Of a DNA stretch of 64,000 nucleotides, positions 55,081 to 64,000 are shown one piece after another (positions within the stretch are counted from its first letter, which is position 1; each line of letters starts with the position of its first letter). The translations under genes and the position numbers were made by a program. Location of the stretch: the NCBI GenBank assembly GCA_002633005.1, contig NMRA01000499.1:248001-312000 (forward strand), read 5' to 3'. A model generated the notes under the pieces. That model saw nothing but the letters and a program-made list of their open reading frames with translations. It was not told the DNA's origin and did no database searches. The DNA is from Phoronis australis (taxonomy: Eukaryota > Animalia > Phoronida).

Positions 55081-55590
55081 TGGCGGATTTAGAGGGGGTC
55101 AAAGTGGCCATAGTCACCCTTAAATTTTCTCGTTCTTGTAAATAAGTGGAAACAACTAATTTTCAATCCTGCATCAATATTCGGCATTTTTGAAGTCACT
55201 GTTTCAAAAGAAACGGACTCGGTGGATAGGGGCCTACAACCCGGCCACGTGCAGTGTACTAGGGATCGATCTACCGGCGTAGCCACGGTAGAGCACAATG
55301 AGGCTTTATCGAGGAACACAATCCACTGGCGGATTTAGCCGAGAGAAGACAAAGAACCCATGGACCTCCTAAAATTTTCCTTTTTTAATAAGCAGGATCG
55401 GCTAATTTGAAAAGTCAACGTGAAGAAGACCAAGGATTTTTCTACAAAAACCCGATTTTTAGCTCTGCATCAATAACTTAGGAATTATTGAAGATATCGT
55501 CCCAAAAGTGACTCATACAGGTAGGGGCCTACGTTGCATTTAACGTAGACTGGACTCACTGGCATAGTCACGCTCGTGGGACAAGGAGGT
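55081..55590. repeat. Two degenerate tandem ~245-bp MITE-like units beginning TGGCGGATTTAG
   Basis: Shared blocks at 55081/55327, plus CTGCATCAATA and AGGGGCCTAC in both units. Confidence 0.5.
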
Positions 55591-55809
55591 AAAACGTGTT
55601 GCAAGAAAACCCTCTCTCCGACTCGACACTCATTTCATTTTTTATTTTAATTCATTTTATTTCACTAACAATGTTTAACATAAACTAGCAACATGTGTCG
55701 GTGACTTACGGAATGCCCTCGTCGACAGTCGAAGTTGCGTATTGACTAATATATGTATTTAGCCAAATGTCTAAAAATATGTATTTATAAAAATATATTT
55801 ATAAAAAGT

Positions 55810-56210
55810 TTATATTTTCTGAAAGTAGAAAGCCCGTGGAATTTGACATTTGACTTTTTACTAATTTGCCATTAATTTGGTCACGTGACTACATTTTTTC
55901 GGTAACATTTAGATAAAAGGAAAGGTGCATTGATAGCAAAAAACATGGTCAAATTTTGTTTGATATAAACATTACAGTTGTTTAAGTTGTCATTTCTTTT
56001 TTCATTTGATGAAACGTTTGAATTTTTCCTTGAAAATCATGAAAGTTACATTTTGATAGCCCCTTATGCAAAAGTGGAACATTTTACAAACAATTTCTAA
56101 TAGCATTTTTGAAAACAATGCATAAAACATAGTTCCTGAAAGTTTCACATGAGTCTGATCAGTAATTTCTGAAACATGATTTGACCTTTTTCTGGGGTCA
56201 TGCACAACCT
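55810..56210. repeat. Dispersed repeat (inverted homolog of ~1500-1940)
   Basis: See the 1500-1940 feature. Confidence 0.6.
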
Positions 56211-59200
56211 GGACACTGGAACACTAGTTGTAGAGGACTTGAAAAAAATCATTTCAAACGCAGTCAAATAGTTTTTATCTCCATGATTAGTGCCATGAAA
56301 TAAATTACTCAGAGAGGAGCCTCAAATCTTGTCGCCGAGAAGATAAGAGTACAATGGGAAACAACTAGTTTTACTTGCGCCTGTTTGCATCGTTCAGACA
56401 TTATCAATACGAAATAATCAAATATACGTTATAAAGAACCGTTGCTGTAATACATTTGCAAAGAACTTGCGCGCAATCAGCTGACTACGTTTGCACAGAA
56501 AAGCTGAGAGTTAATGAAATTGACGTTCACAAATATTTTTTACTTAATTTCATTCAATTTTGATTTGTTTGCTTACTGATGTCTAGTATGAATTTACTAT
56601 AAACATGTAGAACGTTTGTGGATGACAGGACGTGTGACGTGTGTAAGCGTGACCTCGCGCACAACACAAGAAATATTCTTCACTTAAAACAGACCATCAG
56701 TGGACGCAAAGAAAAAGCTTCCAAATGTAATCAAATTGAGTGGAGGTAGTTTTTCATACCATCATCTGTGCAATTACCCTGGTAAATAGCATACCAGAGC
56801 ACCCAAGTCTTGTCACCGAACAATTTGACATCAGATACTGGTACCTAAGTAACTGCCTGTATTGGCGTGTCAATGGGCTGGCGCAGTCTATGACTGGATA
56901 AATTTGGCATCGTGGATCTCACAGTGCGCGCAGTGGGCCCTTTGATTTCCCACGACCCACTGTGACAAACCGACTCTATATTGTAACAGTTTCAATGAAG
57001 TATGAACAAAATCACAACGTGGAGAATCGTAGTTGTAATATGCTACCAAAGGACTTCAGACATCTTCATTTACTGCGTTTGCGGTTCAGTATGGGGGCCG
57101 TCGCAACAGTAGGTGGGCGTGTCCTGCTTACGTTTTCCAGAACTTATCCATTGAATAATTTTGGAACGCATAGTCTTATGAGGAATTGGGTCTGGGTTAT
57201 GCGCAGATCAGATACGAACACATTTTTGGGATCATTTGAGCAAGACAAGGAAAAAGTCGACGGTCAGCGCAACATGCAATAGAAAAACACAGGTCTGGTA
57301 TATTAGAGACGCCGCAAAGACAATGGAATTGTCGAAGAAAAATATACTGAAATTAAAAAACAACAATATCGTTTTCATGGATTGTGGTGTATAAGATGAT
57401 TCAGTACGTCAGGTGCTCAATGCGTCTGCAAAAATTGATTATTTGTGATTCCAAATGTAGTCAGATGAGATCGAAAACTTCAAAGTATAATGATTTATAA
57501 TGGCTATGAATCCTTCTGTTAAAGTAATCAATGAACTCCATTCTGTAGATGGGTTTATTACCTGGGAATTAGGAACGTTAACTCGATGTTTTGTAAAGGT
57601 ATTCGACACTAGCATTTGTTGGCTTTCTTTTCAAAGAACGTCAAATTTGTAATGATCGCTTAGGTTAAAATCACTAGAGTTCAGACTGCCATTCTCCATA
57701 CGCGGCAAGAGGGAATGAGGGAGAGCCACTGAGCTAAAAAGCGGTTACACTCTCCCCCCGGAGAGTCAAGATAGTGGTGCGTGCTGAACTTTCATTTCCC
57801 AATATAAACTTTCTGCTCTTCCCGAAGGAAAACAAGATGTCGATGAATGGTTAGGCTCGTTCTGTGGCCGGTGGAGGTTTACACCAATTATAGCACAGTC
57901 CAGAATAGGTACTGAGCAATGTTTCTATCTTGAAGTTTCGCTTCAAAGAAAGGGCAATAACAAAAACTAGGTTTTCATTCACTTCCCACGAAGATGTTCT
58001 TTCAGATCAATTCAAATAACCAACTAAAAAAGTCCAGTTGTTGGAAGCAATATTGCAAAAACAGTTTGGTCGCTGACTCAGGCTTACAGCAGGAGCATTG
58101 CATGAAAACAATTCACAAAGAATGTGTCTGTCGGCCAAAGAGATGTTACACGCATTTTTAGCGACACTGTTGCCACTATAAGCATCAGTGACACATTTTC
58201 GTACATGGAGAGTTCCTCCTTCGAAGTCTCTGGAAGTAACAGTAAAAGTAAACGTAACGGCAAAATTTCCAAAGCTTTGAGAAAAAGTTGTCGGTGTCGG
58301 ATCAGTATATTGACAAGGCGCCGGGGACCCTGATTTGCTTTCATTGTGCGGCCCGCCCCTAATTGTTGTCAGTTACGCCTTCCTTAATAAATCAGGGGCT
58401 GAATCTGTAAGTTTGTAGCCCACTAGATTATTACTACGGCCGCAAGCCCATCAAGTATCTGGTCGGAGTGGGGCCATCGTGATCGTGGGCTCCCAGAAGT
58501 CCCCACTATTGGACCCTGTGGTTCAAACGGTTTTCTGAAACTTGTTTAGCCGGGAACGGCTACTGAAAACGAGGGCTCATAATTCCACTAATAAAATTAT
58601 GTTATGAAAATGCCGGGAGACATATTAACTTGACTGAGACCATCATTTGGAACGAGCGGATTTGATGATTTCGTTAAATTGAGCAGCAGTTACGACAATC
58701 GGGTGACAGTTTTTTTTTAAAAAGAAGAAACAAGACATACTGCTTTTTTCGTGAGCTAACACTAGCGTTTATTATTTTACTTATATCAAGCCATTATTGT
58801 CTTCACATGTAACGCGGCCCGGCAAACTCAATACGCAGTTTCCTTTGTAACATCGTTCATGAAAAGCAATGGCAGGCGACCATCCTGTGGTTTACTGCAC
58901 AAATTGTTTCTCTGTTGAACTATTTGAAAGGAGACTCGCAAAACATTGTCGACAGTCGATGAACCAACGACTGGGGACGAGCTCACCCTCTGTGCGTGAA
59001 CTTAGAATCCTGCTTAATCACTCAAGATCGCGTATGGCGTGAACCTTGAATGCACGAGGAAACTTGACAGGTTCATTCGAATAATCAAGATCACATTGAT
59101 AAAAATTTGCTATGTACTAAATCAAATTACATGTTAATAAAATACAGTAAATTTAAATACTGTCGATCTTCAGCAATTTCAATTGTTTTAACAATTTAAA

Positions 59201-59439
59201 AACAACTCTGATGTTTGAATTTAACCGTTCACATAGTCATCCGATTCTTTAACACAGGGTACAGTAAAGGAGAAAATGGGTGGTCAATAATTACAAAAAT
59301 TCTTTACACTGAACAAAAAATTTCACCTGATTGCCCAAATGAATATTCAATTCCAAGTTCGACATATTTATGTACGATCTTGAGATTAACAGGATTGTTC
59401 ACGCACAGCATCGCCATCTGTCATTATAAAATGACCACC

Positions 59440-59480
59440 AGGAGACGCACCAATCGAACCGGAAAAAGAACTTGAAACCG
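59440..59480 (+). other. Possible non-coding first exon of GPAA1
   Basis: Strong CCG|GTGAGT donor at 59481, and an acceptor TTGTTTCAG| at 61040 upstream of the ATG; start position uncertain. Confidence 0.35.
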
Positions 59481-61087
59481 GTGAGTGCGAAGCCAATGCA
59501 AAAGTGTTATTGACTCGTCGTTTTTACACATGTTTCATGCCGGTAGCTCGCTGTTGCAATAAGTAGGTGAAAAAGTGTTTGCAAGTGGTGTATATTTGGC
59601 CGCTTATTCAACAATCCTCGGAATTTCAACCTACACATCAAAATTTATGAACATGAAACACTGAAGTGAAGAAAGACTGCAACATGCAAGTCGGTGAAAG
59701 TGAATAGAAATATTGATTATTTTGACTTGTCACTACTCGGTCATCAAAATAGACAGTGCCACCGTCTCAACTAGCAGTAGAGACGGTGGGCACCCCATAT
59801 AAGCTGGAAATTTTGCGGCGGATCATACTGACAAAACCATGATCAAAGTCACTTTGCTAAGCACCTACTTTTGCTGCGCATAGACCATAGACTGATAGAG
59901 GGACATCATAGCCTGGGAGGCCTTAAATGTCTTTAATTCCTTCCAATTGGAACAAATGTTCCCGTACTCAACCTTTTTAAACAGCCCTTCATTCAGTTCC
60001 CCAAATCAGCAACTGGGTATTTGTACACTGCTCGCGCCAGGAGATGTGACATTCAATTTTAGATCACCTATCCGGTAGTTGTGACCTTGGCCGTAAGAAA
60101 ACATGGCTGATTCAGTTGGCAAGTTACTCAGGATGATAAGGCATTAGACAACAGTGTAGGTTGATTGGCCTTCTAGACTGGGCATGCTCCACTGATTTAA
60201 CCAGAAATAAAATATAATACTGAACAACTAGTATATCAGGAAAAGTTACCAGTGGCTTGAGTGAACAAAACATTGAGTCATGCTCAAACTGCTAAATAGA
60301 CTTTTTTATGAAAAAGTGACTTGAACAAAGCCTGATCAGGTTAGTTTGGGCTTGACCAATGAATACATGTGTTTTCAATGACTGCCAATCAAAAACATCT
60401 AGTTTGAAAAAACAAATCAAGACTGTATACTGATGAGTCGCCATCTTGTGACTGATGAATACAAAGTTTCTTTGCAATGTCACTAGTTACTTCAAATTAT
60501 AATGTGTTGGTGATTACATGATTTTTGAATGGTGAAAGACTCGTCTGCTTGCCCTGTTCACTCGTTGTTTTAGACTCACTAATAGTGGCTTGAGCGAAGA
60601 AAGCAGGGTTGTGCGTCAAGTCCTGTTCAAATTGTTATTTTAATTTTTATCAAAAAGTGTCATGAATGACATGTGATTAGGCAATTTGTGAGCGCTGACC
60701 AATTTATGCGAGTGTTTTTGATGACTGCTGAGAATTTTTGCTTATGCGTATCCATTTCGTCATTGATACAAGTTCTCTCTCTAGTCACATGAGGGCACTA
60801 GGAAGGAATGAAACGGAAGCTAATCGGAAATCCGAAAAGTGCATCGGCCAAGCATATGGATTACAACTAAAATCCAGAAATTGCGTCAGACAAGCATGCA
60901 CTCTTCAACGGATAACGGTGGCTGTTGGCAAAAGTTATTCTAGGCAAAGTGATTTAAGTCACATGACCATTGGCACCATTTTACATGTAACCATTATATG
61001 AACTTTCAACCAGTATAATGAAGATAACCTATTGTTTCAGGAAACACTGGGCACTTACACCTGTTGGAGATTACTGACTGAACCAAC

Positions 61088-61259
61088 ATGGGGCTGCTTT
61101 CAGATCCACAGCGCAGAAAGAAGCTCATGGATTCAATTTCATTTTACAACAATAAGCTCTGCCTTTTATGCTATACAGTTGGTGTGGTCTGGTTCTTAGC
61201 CTTGGCCTATCCGCAATTCAATGGCAAGACTTATTTCTCTGAAAATGCACTGCTTCCAG
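61088..61259 (+). CDS. GPAA1: GPAA1 first coding exon
   Basis: AACATGG start, G|GTATGA donor, 172 nt. Confidence 0.92.
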
Positions 61260-63837
61260 GTATGATTCTTTGTATTGATGTTTTTGTATTGCAAATGTTA
61301 AGTTTTTTATATCAGGATTGCCTGGCGCTGCTCTTCATAGAGTCAGTTTTCAACGTCACTAGTGTTGCTCATTCTAGTGGGTGAAAATATTTTTAAAAAT
61401 TAGCACCCCTGATATCTTTGCCATTTGCAATGCACTGCTGGGTGCATATCAATGTTCTGTGTTGTTCTTGTTTATTTAATCAATATAAAACTTCTCAAAG
61501 GCTTCAGAAAAAGGCCTAACCAACTTCCTCAGTCGATTTTTACATTTGGGTTTGTTGTTTTGAAATTTGTTCCTGTGAAGCTAATGAGGATGACTTTCAG
61601 ACAGATCCGACAACTGCTAAGCCACCTAGCGTCCATTTATAGTTTCGCATTCGGTTTTACATCTGCCCAATCTTCTGGTCAGGGCTTGGAATTTTCCTCT
61701 TTTTTGATTTCGATTTCCTCAAATGAGATTTTGTCCAGGAGGGAACAACACTTAACCATTTATGGATGGTTCCGACTTATGTTTGAAAAAATGAGAACCC
61801 TTATATTTACCATTTGTGATGCACACGATGGGTGCAAACAGTGGGTTGCACACTGTGGGTTTGTACCAACGATCTGCTTTGCTCTTGTTTGTCTTGTTAC
61901 TATTTATTTATGGTGTTGTATTTTAAACATTGCAGGTTTAGTGGATGGTTATTTTCACAGTGGATATGTCGCAGAGCAATACTTTGAAGACTTGAAAAGA
62001 GAAATTAAGAAAGACAAAAGGTTGTTACGAATGGTTTTCAATCAAACTTACAGTATGGTCTTTTAGCTAAGTTTTTGTTACTGGAATTACTTGAACAGGT
62101 TTAAATAGCGACCCCTATGTATACATAAAATTGCATTTTGCTGTCTGAATGACCTCCAGTATCTGATATTCTTTCACTCTACCTACCAAACTCCTTGAGG
62201 CGTTTTCAGAAATTTGACAGTTGTGTTCTAATCAATTAGCGTATGCTGTTTGTACCTACCAGCTAATCCTAGTTGGAACATTTAGGTTTTGATTTGGTTC
62301 GTTTTTGCTCCAGTCTTGAATGATTCCAAAACCTCTAAGCACTTCTGGTAAGTTCTTGTAGTGTTGTTCAACTGACTATTATGTTGCTTTTGGCATACAA
62401 AGTGATTGCCAATGCCAGTTTCAGCTTTATTGAATGCTGTCTTGACCAACTGCAATTTGTCTGTTCTTCTCAAGCACACAGTGCACTAGTGGCTACTTTT
62501 CCAACTACCTACCATCTACATAGTGTGTCATGTACTATGGAGGCATGTGTCTGTGATAGTTTATTTTATCCTACATAACAACTTTTTTATTCTAGGCAAA
62601 CCAACGAACTCACAGTGCTGCTTTTGAAAGAGACACCGAAACTTACTTGTTTACTTTACATGGGTGTCTTACCTAGGGTGTCCCTTTGGATGCCCTGGAA
62701 AACCTCTAGATGAAGGCCTTCTTGACAATGAAATATCTTACAGTTAATAAGATCTCTGTCATTACTGTATTATATAAAGTTACACAAGTTTAATGATAGT
62801 GTGCAAGCTAGAAAATATTGAAGTTGAAGTGCTTAATTGTGTTTTCCAGTCATATCAAATGGTCACATTCCACTTTAAAAGTTTTATCCAATTTTGGTGA
62901 CTTTATTAATCTCTGATGTGATTGTTCAATTTCAGAATAATGCCTCAAGACTGGATCCAACAACAGTTTGAGAACATAGGCCTGGATACATTTGTCCAGA
63001 ACTACACCTTCAAATATCCATATAACATCATTGGCTCACAGGTGAGTTGAGGTCAAAGGTCACGGTTGATTAAAATATCGGGGTTCTTCTTTGCCACTGC
63101 TCTTCTTAAAGTAATCCATGAATATTCAAGAAACGGTATATGAATTCTAAGTGCTGTGGGCTACTGTAAACATCGAAAGCTTGTACCAACTGAACTATTC
63201 TACCACATTCAGTTGACTGTTTTCTCCTGCTCCAATTTGAGCTGCACTTACCCATGAAAGTATTCTTAATGTTGGGCCATTTGTACGTATGTTTGTTTCA
63301 CTTTTTGTCTGTCTGTTTGTCTTTTTGTGCATACGTTTCGCGTGCATTTTTTGGCATTTACTATTGAAGAAGCTCCAGTGACTAACTAAAGTGTCTCCAC
63401 CTGTTGAGGAAGCAATACTTTATTGGGTATTAAGAGCCATTGTATTTGCTAACTCTGAAACACTAATTGTGTATTAACATTTTTATTAAGTCTTACCTTA
63501 AGGAAACATCTGTTTTCTATGGACAACAGTCATGGGGAGTACATGTTGTGTCAGCTAGCTTACAGTTTGTGTAGAATCTGTGTCTGAGAATGCCTGTCAC
63601 TGTATGAGAAGTTCATCTCATTAAATGTGTTTGTAATGCTTTCCAATCTGACTATGTGTTTGATGTCCTTGTAGACAGTACAGGGTGCCAATGTTTACGG
63701 CATCTTACGTGGTGCCAGGACTGCTAGCACAGAGGCGCTGGTGCTCTCTGTACCATTCAGACCCCCTGTGGTGGATACACTACCAAAAACCCATGGTGGA
63801 CTAGCGTTGATGCTTGCCGCTGCCAAGCACTTCCGCA
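61088..63837 (+). CDS. GPAA1: GPI transamidase subunit GAA1, 3'-truncated spliced gene; exons 61088-61259, 61936-62020, 62936-63041, 63675-63837
   Basis: MGLLSDP...WFLALAYP...TYFSENALLPG...WIQQQFENIGLDTFVQNY...GANVYGILRGARTASTEALVLSVP, matching GPAA1 hallmarks; all junctions GT-AG and in phase. Confidence 0.93.
61936..62020 (+). CDS. GPAA1: GPAA1 exon LVDGYFHSGYVAEQYFEDLKREIKKDK
   Basis: TGCAG| and AG|GTTGTT, 85 nt; phases fit both neighbours. Confidence 0.8.
62936..63041 (+). CDS. GPAA1: GPAA1 exon IMPQDWIQQQFENIGLDTFVQNYTFKYPYNIIGSQ
   Basis: TTTCAG| and CAG|GTGAGT, 106 nt. Confidence 0.88.
63675..63837 (+). CDS. GPAA1: GPAA1 exon TVQGANVYGILRGARTASTEALVL...KHFR
   Basis: TGTAG| and A|GTGAGT, 163 nt. 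Confidence 0.9.
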
Positions 63838-64000
63838 GTGAGTATATTACTGAATTCACAAATAGAATTTGATATTCAGAATGAACTAGTAACTTGTTTC
63901 CTTGCAGATCGAACAGTTCATGCATGGTCCATGATCGCTGAGTGTATATGTACATCGTGATGTGGCCAACAGGTGGCGAGCAGACCAAACTTAAAAATGT

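Noticed and set aside
57800-58365. Possible decayed piggyBac transposase (VDEWLGSFCGRWRF resembles the VDE..F.GR..F motif)
   Set aside because: Only one short motif, no continuous frame and no TIR or TTAA ends found; it would need a TBLASTN or HMM search.
61425-62066. 213-aa ORF in the GPAA1 region
   Set aside because: Only 61936-62020 is exonic; the rest is T-rich intron that is open by chance.

Overview
Eukaryotic (invertebrate animal, probably lophotrochozoan) AT-rich genomic DNA with three spliced genes. (1) The 3' part of a phosphoenolpyruvate mutase gene (+, six exons, 1-5518). (2) A complete SERCA-type P2A Ca2+-ATPase gene (-, ATG 54520 to stop 12670, 21 coding exon positions, 1021-1022 aa). 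(3) The 5' part of GPAA1 (+, from 61088). The most notable feature is in SERCA: the exon for the luminal L7-8 loop and helix M8 is present as two diverged, intact, same-phase copies (16311-16444 and 15763-15899) that can only be used mutually exclusively. They are flanked by a long-range complementary element and RBFOX/QKI/MBNL-type motifs. SERCA also has a SERCA2b-like read-through tail with an internal donor, a CCAAT-N9-CCACA ER-stress element plus a CRE upstream, and an intronic Penelope-like fragment with a sense-strand minimal hammerhead ribozyme. Introns hold several MITE/HINE-type repeats and minisatellites. There is a 579-nt N gap and a ~0.75-kb duplication that is probably an assembly artefact. 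All calls were read by eye; no searches were run.
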